A stretch of DNA of 64,000 bases, taken from contig OY760686.1 of assembly GCA_963663865.1 (NCBI GenBank), forward strand, positions 2,272,001 to 2,336,000, read 5' to 3'. The DNA comes from Spirochaetota bacterium (GTDB lineage Bacteria > Spirochaetota > UBA4802 > UBA5550). Positions 48,905 to 58,105 of this stretch are shown here, one piece after another. The position numbers were made by a program, and so were the translations under genes. Numbering within the stretch: the stretch's first letter is position 1; every line of letters starts with the position of its first letter. Below the pieces are notes generated by a model. It searched no databases. It was given only the letters and a program-made list of their open reading frames with translations, and was not told the origin of the DNA.

Positions 48905-49465
48905 TTAACCTTTCCGTACAAGCAACACAGTCCTGCTCATTGAAACCGCCGGCATATCCTCAATATCAAAACCACAGTTCAAGGCGAGGTCAACCGTTTT
49001 ATCAAAATCCGGCCCGCTGACATGAAATTTTGGTTCTACTACAAGCAGCCTCCCGCCTTTTTCAAGATGGTTTCTCATTGCTGAAAGCGTTTTCTCAGCG
49101 TCGGGAACCTCATGAAGCATGTAAAACATCAAAATAAAGCCGAACATTCTATCAAAGACCATGCTTTCATCTGCGCAACAGTGAAAGCTTACTCTGTCTG
49201 CAAGTCCGCTGTTGACAGCCTTCATTCTCACCCTGTCAAGCATTCCCTGCTGCAGGTCAGCTGCAACAACATGGCCATTCGCACCGACCATTTTCGCCAT
49301 ATCAATTGTAAAGAACCCCGGACCGCATCCAAAATCGAGGGCTTTGATTCCTTCCCTCAGATACGGTTTTAATATTCGCCGGGGACTCTGAAACAGCTTT
49401 CTGATCTTCATATCAAGAACCCCCGCATGTTCCACGGGGCAGACCCTTACTTGCTTCTTCTTCAT
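48905..49465 (-). CDS. Class I SAM-dependent methyltransferase
   Basis: LDFGCGPG; likely start 49465 after AGGAGG (ORF track starts at 49510). Confidence 0.88.
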   Translation of the reverse strand: MKKKQVRVCPVEHAGVLDMKIRKLFQSPRRILKPYLREGIKALDFGCGPGFFTIDMAKMVGANGHVVAADLQQGMLDRVRMKAVNSGLADRVSFHCCADESMVFDRMFGFILMFYMLHEVPDAEKTLSAMRNHLEKGGRLLVVEPKFHVSGPDFDKTVDLALNCGFDIEDMPAVSMSRTVLLVRKG

Positions 49466-49597
49466 CACAAAATCCTCCTTAATAGATAAACATATATGTT
49501 GCATCAACAATCTTGCAAATGCAAATCATTTGCACTTACAAATAAATAAGACGTTATAATCGTGGTTTTATTGGTAAAAATTTTGTTGGTTTAACAG

Positions 49598-52288
49598 TCA
49601 GGATGCTGAACCGATATGTTTTTCCAGAATGTCCGCGAGCTCGCTGCTCCTAAACGGCTTTCTCAGGCTCGCGGTAAATCCGTACCGTGAAGGCCTGGCC
49701 ATGACCGGATCTTCAGCGTAGCCGCTGCAGACAATGACGGGGATCGAACCCGATATCTTTCTCACACGGGCTACAGTATCGAGTCCACCGATACCGCCGG
49801 GTACGGTAAGATCAAATATCATGCCTCTAATCCGGCGGGAGCCATTGTAATCGTTAACGAATATATCAAGCGCTTCTTTGCCATCCACCGCGGTTATAGG
49901 GTTATAGCCGAATGATGACAGCATGTCTGAAGTTACTTCGAGAATTGCCTGTTCATCATCCATGACGAGAATATCACCCGTCCCTCTGTGGACACAGGCG
50001 GACATCTCAAAGTCACTGACCGCCTCTCCCATGACAGCCGGCAAATACAGTGAAAATACCGTTCCCTGTCCCGGAACTGAATCCACTTCCATAAATCCGC
50101 CATGCTTTTCAATAATTGAATATGAGGTCGCCAGTCCAAGTCCGTGGCCCTGTTCCTTGGTGGTAAAAAATGGATCGAATATTCTTTCGACCACCTCAGG
50201 AGGCATGCCGCTTCCGCTGTCTTCAACATCAATTTTAACGTAATTGCCGGGGGAACGCGTGGGCGAAACAGTTACAGCCACTCTCATATTCGACGCTGAA
50301 ATGCTCATTTCTCCGCCATGTTCCATGGCCTGACTCGCGTTAATTACCAGGTTTTCTATAACCTGGCCAATCTGATTTTTATCAAACTCGCAGACCCACA
50401 GGTCATCCGGGACGAAGAAGCCGCATTTGACGTTTGTTCCGCTTAGTGCAAACTCGGCTGTTTCTCTGACAAAAGGGAACAGCTTTTCGGCCTTTTTCAT
50501 GGGGGTTCCGCCCCTTGCAAAGGTTAGCAGCTGACCGGTTAGTGCCCTCGCCCGGTCGATTACCTTCAGCGCCCTCGTAATGTAATCACATTTAATTGAA
50601 TCAGTACATTTTTTCTCCGCAAGGTCGAGGTATCCGAATATTCCTCCCAGAAGATTGTTAAAATCATGGGCGATGCCTCCGGCGAGTACTCCAAGCGAAT
50701 CGAGCCTGGCCGTTCTCTGCATGGCAAGAAGCATCTTCTGCCTTTCGGTCATATCCTTAAAAACAATAACTGTTCCGATAATTCTGCTGCTGGCATCCAA
50801 AATCGGCGATCCGCTCGCGGAGATCATCCTTTCCTCTCCATTGCGTGAAATTAAAAGAACCTCGCCTTCAGATTCAGCAAGGATTCCATCCGCAAGAACA
50901 CTGGCTGCCATATCCGGGCATGCTTCGCCTGTTCTGTCTCTTACAGCTCTAAAAACATCCGCAAAGGGCTTTCCTTTAGCTTCAGTCCGCTGCCAGCCAG
51001 TCATTCTTTCAGCCGCTGGATTGATGTTAACAACTCTTCCGTCAAGATCGGCGGAAATAACACCGTCTCCGATACTTCGCAGCGTCACAGAAAGCCTTTC
51101 CCTTTCATCGGCAGCTTCCTGTTCAGCAAGCTTGCGTTCAGTAATATCCGATATTATACCGTGCCAGAGCGTGCCGCCATCCTCAAGCCTGACCGGCTGA
51201 GCCTGAGACCATCGCCACCGCAATCCCTGTTCAGGCAGAATTACCCTGAACTCACAGTAAAAGGTTTCAAGTGTTCGGGCCGATTCGCCTATTTTTGAAG
51301 CAACATGGTCATAATCCTCCGGATGAAGCCTTCCAAAGACTACAGTCGCGTCATCCTTCACTTCTTCCGGCGTGACCTCGTATATAGCTTTGATACCCGG
51401 ACTCGCGTATGGAAACGACGAATGACCGTCAGGATAAAGCCTGTACTGATAAATAACCCCAGGTACAAGTCTCGCCAGGTTTGTGAGGAGATTGTTTGTT
51501 TCCTGCAGCTTTTCACCGGCCATGATCCTGTCTGTAATTTCTTCTGTGTAAACGATGATTCCACCTATGTCACCATTTTCTTCGTACCATGGCCTGCACT
51601 CCCATCTTGTCCAGCCGGTACTCCCATCGCTCCGAATGTAGGGATCTTCTTCAGCGCTTATAACCTCTCCGCTTAGCACCCTTCGGTGCACAACTCTCAG
51701 GTTTTCCGGAAGTTCGGGAAAAACCTCGTAATGGTTTTTCCCCAGAATTTTTTCATCATCCAGATTGAAATCTTCTCTATAGCGTCTGCTGACATAGATG
51801 TAGTTCATGTTTTTATCATGAACCGCTATTGCAGTCTTGTTGTGTTCAATGATGTACTGCATAAGGTCGTGAGAGTATTGGAGTTTAGCTATATCGTTTT
51901 TATGAAAGGTCACATCCTTAACAAACAGGATATACAGTCCTCCGCTTTCATTGAGATAGGATGCAAACACCTCAGCGAAAAACCCCGTTCCGTCCTTTTT
52001 CCTACAGAAGAATTCAAACTCTTCAAACCTGTTTCCCCTTAGTTTTTCCGCTATAACCTCTCCGCAGGAACAACCACGAAAAATATCAAGGTCAGGGAAT
52101 CTCTTTCCCATCAGCTCTTCCCGGTTAAAACCGCTCATCCGGCAGAATCTGTCGCTAACTTCCAGTATCCGGAAATCCGGACAGCCAAGAGCCAGAAAGC
52201 CTTCGTCCGCAGTTTCAAGCATTGTACGGATAAGAGTTCCTGGTGAGACAATACCATCCAAAAGCGATTTTCCATTAATGTCCGTCAT
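49598..52288 (-). CDS. Multi-PAS hybrid sensor histidine kinase
   Basis: Four PAS-like repeats, IAHDFNN, FFTTKEQGHGLGL, C-terminal receiver. Confidence 0.92.
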   Translation of the reverse strand: MTDINGKSLLDGIVSPGTLIRTMLETADEGFLALGCPDFRILEVSDRFCRMSGFNREELMGKRFPDLDIFRGCSCGEVIAEKLRGNRFEEFEFFCRKKDGTGFFAEVFASYLNESGGLYILFVKDVTFHKNDIAKLQYSHDLMQYIIEHNKTAIAVHDKNMNYIYVSRRYREDFNLDDEKILGKNHYEVFPELPENLRVVHRRVLSGEVISAEEDPYIRSDGSTGWTRWECRPWYEENGDIGGIIVYTEEITDRIMAGEKLQETNNLLTNLARLVPGVIYQYRLYPDGHSSFPYASPGIKAIYEVTPEEVKDDATVVFGRLHPEDYDHVASKIGESARTLETFYCEFRVILPEQGLRWRWSQAQPVRLEDGGTLWHGIISDITERKLAEQEAADERERLSVTLRSIGDGVISADLDGRVVNINPAAERMTGWQRTEAKGKPFADVFRAVRDRTGEACPDMAASVLADGILAESEGEVLLISRNGEERMISASGSPILDASSRIIGTVIVFKDMTERQKMLLAMQRTARLDSLGVLAGGIAHDFNNLLGGIFGYLDLAEKKCTDSIKCDYITRALKVIDRARALTGQLLTFARGGTPMKKAEKLFPFVRETAEFALSGTNVKCGFFVPDDLWVCEFDKNQIGQVIENLVINASQAMEHGGEMSISASNMRVAVTVSPTRSPGNYVKIDVEDSGSGMPPEVVERIFDPFFTTKEQGHGLGLATSYSIIEKHGGFMEVDSVPGQGTVFSLYLPAVMGEAVSDFEMSACVHRGTGDILVMDDEQAILEVTSDMLSSFGYNPITAVDGKEALDIFVNDYNGSRRIRGMIFDLTVPGGIGGLDTVARVRKISGSIPVIVCSGYAEDPVMARPSRYGFTASLRKPFRSSELADILEKHIGSAS

Positions 52289-52336
52289 ACTCCCCTCACA
52301 CTAAAACATCGAAAGAAGAAGCCCCTAAACTTCACC

Positions 52337-53389
52337 TCACTCACTAAGAATAACCCTGTTTCTACCCTGCTCTTTACCTCTGTACAAAGCTTTATCAGCC
52401 TTCTCAAACATGGAGCTGAAAGTGCATCCATTAACGTAAAACGAGATTCCAACTGTGACCGTAACAGAGATATTTTCTCCAAATGCAAACTGCTCTACTT
52501 TTTTTCTTAGCCTCTCTCCGAACTGAACCGCTTCGTCAGGAGCCTTTGCGAACATAAATACAATAAACTCTTCGCCTCCAAATCTCGCAGCGAGGTCAAT
52601 TTCACGTATTGATGATTTTAATATGGATGCAAACTGCTCCAGAACCACATCCCCTGAGGAATGACCATGGGTATCGTTGATTGATTTAAAGTGATCAATA
52701 TCAAGGATCAACAGGGCGAAGGTACGCCCTGTTCTTTCCGCGACAACATATTCGCGTTGGATATGATTTAAAAAAAAATGTCTGTTAAACAGGCCAGTCA
52801 GACTGTCGAAGTTAGCCCTGTACTCCACCTTGTCACGAAGCGTATATCTTGCATATATAATTATATACAACAAAAAGAACATAACGAAGGCAAGCACAAC
52901 CGTTATTACGTAAAAAAGCCTTACTGCTGTCAAAGTACGACTTTCAACATAAGAGACCAATTCATCTGAATCATGCCATATTCTCTCACCTATATCTATC
53001 ATTTCCTGACTGACAACTGAACGGTTAAGAAGCCCTTTCAAGGTGTTCCAATCCTTTTCAATTCGGTCAATTGATGAATCTCTAAATGAACCATAGATAA
53101 CACTCTCATAGGACTGTATGTTCTTTATCTGGTCGATTGAGCGGTCAATCGCGGAATAATAGCTGCCGCATTCCATTCCAAGCAGGCTTCGTTTAATAAC
53201 ACGCTGTATACCGCCCCTTATGCGGCCTGAGTCATTGATCAATGAGGAATATCTGCTGATAATCTCGGAATTCAGGACCACAACACCAGTTAGAATAGTA
53301 ATTGTCGCGAGTATTATCACAACGGGCAGTATCAGTCTGCTTGAAACCGCACTAGCTTTGAATTTATTTCTTTTCAAGTTATCCTCCAT
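52337..53389 (-). CDS. Membrane diguanylate cyclase
   Basis: Two TM helices; DIDHFK, RxxD I-site (REID), GGEEF. Confidence 0.92.
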   Translation of the reverse strand: MEDNLKRNKFKASAVSSRLILPVVIILATITILTGVVVLNSEIISRYSSLINDSGRIRGGIQRVIKRSLLGMECGSYYSAIDRSIDQIKNIQSYESVIYGSFRDSSIDRIEKDWNTLKGLLNRSVVSQEMIDIGERIWHDSDELVSYVESRTLTAVRLFYVITVVLAFVMFFLLYIIIYARYTLRDKVEYRANFDSLTGLFNRHFFLNHIQREYVVAERTGRTFALLILDIDHFKSINDTHGHSSGDVVLEQFASILKSSIREIDLAARFGGEEFIVFMFAKAPDEAVQFGERLRKKVEQFAFGENISVTVTVGISFYVNGCTFSSMFEKADKALYRGKEQGRNRVILSE

Positions 53390-53413
53390 ATTTATAACTC
53401 ACCGCTGGTATAA

Positions 53414-53695
53414 TTAAAGGCTGTAACTGTCTTCCATTTCTTCTTTATGAGAAAATTCGCTGCTTAATGAACCCGCAATTTTAATAAGTTCCAATGATCC
53501 CTTTCTCAAGCTTACTGCGCTTTCAGCATTTTCCATAACGAGTTCCGTCGTATTTTCAATCGACTTTACTACTTCTTCAATCGCTTTCAGCTGTTCAGAC
53601 ATTGTCAGATCAATAAGCTCTGATTTCTCTGTCAGCAAATCAGATTCACTGAATTTCTTACTGATACGTTTTTTCAAGGAAGTATAAACAAACAT
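53414..53695 (-). CDS. Small protein resembling a chemoreceptor (MCP) C-terminal tail
   Basis: EQLKAIEEVVKSIE...ENAESA heptad pattern; GAGG RBS. Confidence 0.45.
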   Translation of the reverse strand: MFVYTSLKKRISKKFSESDLLTEKSELIDLTMSEQLKAIEEVVKSIENTTELVMENAESAVSLRKGSLELIKIAGSLSSEFSHKEEMEDSYSL

Positions 53696-53774
53696 AATAA
53701 CCTCACATTCTGTTATATTAAATCAGAAATCGATTTTGACTAAATGGCAAGCTATGTGTTTTCAAGAAAACCAG

Positions 53775-55655
53775 CTATCTTGATACAGCCGTAACCACCT
53801 CAAGCAAAAAATCCCGATTCAGGCGCTCCCTGATCTGTTCTTTGATGGCTGTGATTTCCGAATCTGCAACTGAGCTGCCGGAAACAATTTTTATTGAAAT
53901 TTCAGTCGGATGCATCCTCGTAACCCTCACGTCCCTTATTGTTCCCGTTTCTGTCCTGAGGCCCTCAAGCTGTTTCACTATTCTCCGCTCTTCGACCATC
54001 TGATTGAAGCCCAGCGCGAGAGGGACGCATAATGCAGCCACCAGAATTATTGAAACGAGCATCCCCCTGTTGGCGAGCTTAAACGGGCTGAATCCCAAAA
54101 ACATAAATGTAAAGGACGCGGCAAGGGTTATCCCCGCAAGGTTTGTTGTCAGAAGCAGGAGCGCCCCGAAAAAGATGCTCCAGTCCCCCCAGGCAAGTCC
54201 AATAGCGGAGACGCAAAATGGCGGGATAAGAGCCACAGCGATAGCTACTCCGGCAAGCGATTTTGCTATTTCCTCCCTTGCGTGAGCGTAAGCGCCCGCC
54301 ACGCCTGATACCACAGCGATGCCCAGGTCGAGAAGGTTTGGACTGGTCCTGGCCATGATCTCTGAGCCTGCATATTGAATTGGGGTAAGCCAGGTTATTA
54401 TTACCGCAAATACAGCAGAGAAAACAAGTCCTACCGCTATTGTTTTAAGCCCTCCGCTGATAAGCCTGCGGTCCTGCCTAAGTGTTCCCATGCTCAGAGA
54501 GATTATTGGAGCCATCAGCGGCGCGAGAATCATCGCACCAATAACTACCGGCGTTGAATCAGCAAAGAGCCCGAATGTCGCAAGCATGGTTGACAGTGCC
54601 ATAAGAGCCAGATATGATCCGCTTATCCTCGCATTTTCACGCAGTGTCTGGAAAAGGTCCTTGAATTCGTCGGATGAGGCATGCCGTATAAAAGGAAGCC
54701 TGTTCATTGACAGCTCTAACGCCGCCTCACCCGCCGGAAGGGCAGCGGTTTTAAATACCTCGCCGGAATCACTGCCCGCTTCAGGAACCTCAAGGAACGC
54801 GCCGGGAACAATCCTGATGACTCCCTTACGAACCTCAAGCTCAATCTCCTGCGCGTTGTTAACTACCCTGTCCAGTGAGAAATCCCTTGCTCCGGAGGGG
54901 AACGTGAGCTTCAATCTGCCGGTTTTTATGTGCGCGGCGAAGGGTGGAAGCTTTTTCTTTGAGCCTGAGTAGCGGAAGGCACAAACAAATAACTCAATCA
55001 GGCTTCTGGGCATTATTAGAAACGCGTGCATCTTCCCATCGCTTATTGACGAATCGTCAAGCATGAGCCTTGAGAGCAGGGAACTCTTTCTGTGCTCTGA
55101 TATCACAATGCCGGCAGCCGCGGTTTTCAGCTTCTTGTCTCCGGCAGTTTCAATATCCACACGAAATGGCTTGATATTAAAGAGCCTCTTCATCCTCATG
55201 AAGAACCTGGTCATGCCCGATCTGCCGGGCACATCTTCGCCGGCGAGAGCAATTGTCCGTCCTACAATTACAGAGTTGAAAACCGGCACATCATTGCAGT
55301 ACAGGATATCGGCCGTTATTGACTCTGGGCCAGACATAATATGAGTCAGGGCTTTGTCGAGAGTGCGGTCAATTCCGTATCCCGCAGAGAATTCACGTGC
55401 CTCCGGATGAGGGAGCACCGCGAGGGAAAAACCCCTGCCTTCCACACCGGGAAGCAGCTGTTTAAGCTGAAAGTCTGACAGGTATAGCAGCATGGCCTCC
55501 GATGAAGAAGCCGGTTCAAAGTCATCACTGAACGGCCTTGCTTCCAGTACTGAACCCTCAAGCATTGGCATCAGCTTTTGATTAACAAACTCAGCCTGTT
55601 CCTGATCGTAGATGAGGCGGAAACCGGGTTTATCGACAATTTTCGAATTTTCCAT
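53775..55655 (-). CDS. TIGR00341/DUF389 membrane protein with a diacylglycerol-kinase-like N-terminal region
   Basis: IGAMILAPLM, ARTSPNLLDL, GVAIAVALIPP; N-terminal DGKMH DAGK-like segment. Confidence 0.85.
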   Translation of the reverse strand: MENSKIVDKPGFRLIYDQEQAEFVNQKLMPMLEGSVLEARPFSDDFEPASSSEAMLLYLSDFQLKQLLPGVEGRGFSLAVLPHPEAREFSAGYGIDRTLDKALTHIMSGPESITADILYCNDVPVFNSVIVGRTIALAGEDVPGRSGMTRFFMRMKRLFNIKPFRVDIETAGDKKLKTAAAGIVISEHRKSSLLSRLMLDDSSISDGKMHAFLIMPRSLIELFVCAFRYSGSKKKLPPFAAHIKTGRLKLTFPSGARDFSLDRVVNNAQEIELEVRKGVIRIVPGAFLEVPEAGSDSGEVFKTAALPAGEAALELSMNRLPFIRHASSDEFKDLFQTLRENARISGSYLALMALSTMLATFGLFADSTPVVIGAMILAPLMAPIISLSMGTLRQDRRLISGGLKTIAVGLVFSAVFAVIITWLTPIQYAGSEIMARTSPNLLDLGIAVVSGVAGAYAHAREEIAKSLAGVAIAVALIPPFCVSAIGLAWGDWSIFFGALLLLTTNLAGITLAASFTFMFLGFSPFKLANRGMLVSIILVAALCVPLALGFNQMVEERRIVKQLEGLRTETGTIRDVRVTRMHPTEISIKIVSGSSVADSEITAIKEQIRERLNRDFLLEVVTAVSR

Positions 55656-55851
55656 GTTAATCCTTAAATATATATCAAACGTTTAATTAATCACCATATT
55701 CTATTAGAATACACCCAAAAAGTCAAGATGAGTTAAACAGGTCATGGATATTCCTTCTTATTACCTGGCTCACGCCCCGCTTTTAATTGACATTCTGAAC
55801 TGATTCATCCATATATGCACATGCAACATAACAGGCAACAGGAGCAGAACC

Positions 55852-56298
55852 ATGTCAATGATGGATAAAATAACCGAACAGCTCAGAGACGCTATGAAAA
55901 GCGGCGATGATACCAGAGCCGCAACGCTTAAGATGCTTAAGAGCGACATCATGTACGAAAAAGCTAAAACAGGAGAAGAACCCGGCGACGAAAAGGTCAT
56001 GGAAATCATAGCCAGGGCCGCAAAACGCCGCAAGGAGTCCATCGCCGAATATACAAAGGGCGGACGGCCTGAGCTTGCCGCGTCAGAGGAGGCTGAACTC
56101 AGAATAATTGAAGAATACCTGCCGAAGCAGCTCAGCGACAGCGAGATTGAAAATGAGCTCAAAGCTCTCCTTGCCTCGATGGGTTCACCCACCAAAAAGG
56201 ACTTCGGCCGAGTCATGGGACAGTGCATGAAGGAGTTCAAAGGAAGAGCGGAGGGTGATGCGGTACGGCGCATTCTGACAGCTCTGCTGCCTGACTGA
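55852..56298 (+). CDS. GatB/YqeY domain protein
   Basis: AMKSGD, KRRKESIAEY..GGRPELA, YLPKQLS, DFGRVM. Confidence 0.93.
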   Translation: MSMMDKITEQLRDAMKSGDDTRAATLKMLKSDIMYEKAKTGEEPGDEKVMEIIARAAKRRKESIAEYTKGGRPELAASEEAELRIIEEYLPKQLSDSEIENELKALLASMGSPTKKDFGRVMGQCMKEFKGRAEGDAVRRILTALLPD

Positions 56299-56314
56299 TA
56301 CCGGCGGCATCCGG

Positions 56315-58105
56315 TTAAACGAGCTTTTCAGCAAGACCGGATGCCCGGCTTATCCTTCTTTCCAGCGATGCCTTCAGCACCTCCGGAGAACCCAGAATTC
56401 TAACCGATTTTTTAGCCCTCGTCACCGCGGTATATATAAGCTCGCGTGTCATTATACCGGACTGTTCTTCGGGAAGTACAAGAACTACATGGTCAAACTC
56501 TGACCCCTGACTCTTGTGCACCGTCATGGCATAAGCCGTTTCATGCTGCGGCAGAAGAGAAGGATTGATCATCCTGACAGAACCGGGTCCGCTCTGGAAG
56601 CAGACCTTCGGGCCGTCGCCTGTTTGTCTGACGATGCCTGAATCCCCGTTAAAAAGCCCGCTGTAATAATCGTTCCGCGTGATAATTACCGGTCTGTTTT
56701 CATAGAATCTGCTCCGCCCGGGGATGAACCCTTCCGCGGCAAGGGCGCGTTCAACAAGGGAATTGAGCTCGTCGACTCCGGCCCAGCCCCGCCTGAGCGG
56801 AGAGAGTATTCTGAATCCGGCATACAGCTCAAGGGCTCTGAGATCATCACAACTGCGGGAATAGCTGGAAAACCACTCCAACGCTGGAACGGCTATTTCT
56901 GCTTCGATTTCAACACGCGGCACATCCGCCGCCGAAACCTGAGGGTCTGTTCCTGAATACAGTATGTCGCAGACATCCTCTGCGCTGCCCGATGTAATCA
57001 GCTCCGACAGCCTTCCTATGCCAGAGTCCTTTGTAAACCTCCAGGTTTTAGATAGAAGGACAGCTTTTCCTGCAAGTCTGCTCTCCGGAGTGAAGGCGCT
57101 TGAACAGATGTCCGCCATTACCGAGCCGGCTTCAACACTCGCGAGCTGATCCCTGTCTCCAAGCATCACAACCGAAGAGCTGTCCGGCAATGCCGCCATA
57201 AGCAGGCTCATCAAAGACGTGTCGATCATAGAGGCCTCGTCAACGATAACAGCGTCACACACAAGCAAATTCTCCTGGTTATAGCGCGGCGGCTGACTGT
57301 CATAGCCTATTCCAATCAGGCGGTGGATAGTCATTCCCGTCATTCTGCTCAGGGAAGCAAAGGCCGCCTCATTTACAAGCTCAGGGTTCTCTTTCTCAAG
57401 ACTCCCCCGGATTTTAGCTATTGAATTGTCGATAGATTCATTCAGCCTCGCGGCCGCCTTCCCTGTCGGGGCCGTTATATAGATAACCGCTTCGGGATTT
57501 ATATCAAGCATGATGTACAGAATTCTGGCTACGGTAGTCGTCTTCCCGGTACCGGGGCCTCCGGCTATTACGGTGAACTTGCCGGTTACAGCAATCTCTG
57601 CGGCCCTCCTCTGCTCAACACAGCCTTCATCCGCGAAGAGAATATCAATAAGCTGCCCGGTTCTGACATTGATCCCGGAAGGTCTTGATTCAGAACGCGC
57701 GATTATGCGGTCTGCCGCCTGGCGTTCGAACCTCCAGAACCTCTGAAGATAGACCCGCCCTCCCTCAATAACAAGCGGGGAAAACTCTTCCGGCGAGGAA
57801 GCAGTCCCCGACTTCAAAAGAGCTTCCGACCATTTAGATTGATCAGGGAAGCTGAATTCAAGGCCCGCATCCCTGAACTCTTCCGGGATCCTGCACGCGA
57901 AGTCCTCAAAGTTAACACATATATGCCCTTTGGACTGCTCATGCCCTGCGAGAAGTGCAGTCATTGCCGCTATAAGCCCATGCTCATCCGCCTGTCTATA
58001 GACAAACTTCGCAAGCTGCAGGTCTATCTCCCTGAAGTTCCTTGACTCCCTCAGAAGTTTTATATCCCGATCAATCACGTAACCTTTATCAACAGTATTA
58101 TTCAT
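56315..58105 (-). CDS. recD: Exodeoxyribonuclease V alpha subunit
   Basis: GGPGTGKTT, APTGKAAARL, DEASM, GDRDQLASVEAG, TVHKSQGSEF. Confidence 0.96.
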   Translation of the reverse strand: MNNTVDKGYVIDRDIKLLRESRNFREIDLQLAKFVYRQADEHGLIAAMTALLAGHEQSKGHICVNFEDFACRIPEEFRDAGLEFSFPDQSKWSEALLKSGTASSPEEFSPLVIEGGRVYLQRFWRFERQAADRIIARSESRPSGINVRTGQLIDILFADEGCVEQRRAAEIAVTGKFTVIAGGPGTGKTTTVARILYIMLDINPEAVIYITAPTGKAAARLNESIDNSIAKIRGSLEKENPELVNEAAFASLSRMTGMTIHRLIGIGYDSQPPRYNQENLLVCDAVIVDEASMIDTSLMSLLMAALPDSSSVVMLGDRDQLASVEAGSVMADICSSAFTPESRLAGKAVLLSKTWRFTKDSGIGRLSELITSGSAEDVCDILYSGTDPQVSAADVPRVEIEAEIAVPALEWFSSYSRSCDDLRALELYAGFRILSPLRRGWAGVDELNSLVERALAAEGFIPGRSRFYENRPVIITRNDYYSGLFNGDSGIVRQTGDGPKVCFQSGPGSVRMINPSLLPQHETAYAMTVHKSQGSEFDHVVLVLPEEQSGIMTRELIYTAVTRAKKSVRILGSPEVLKASLERRISRASGLAEKLV

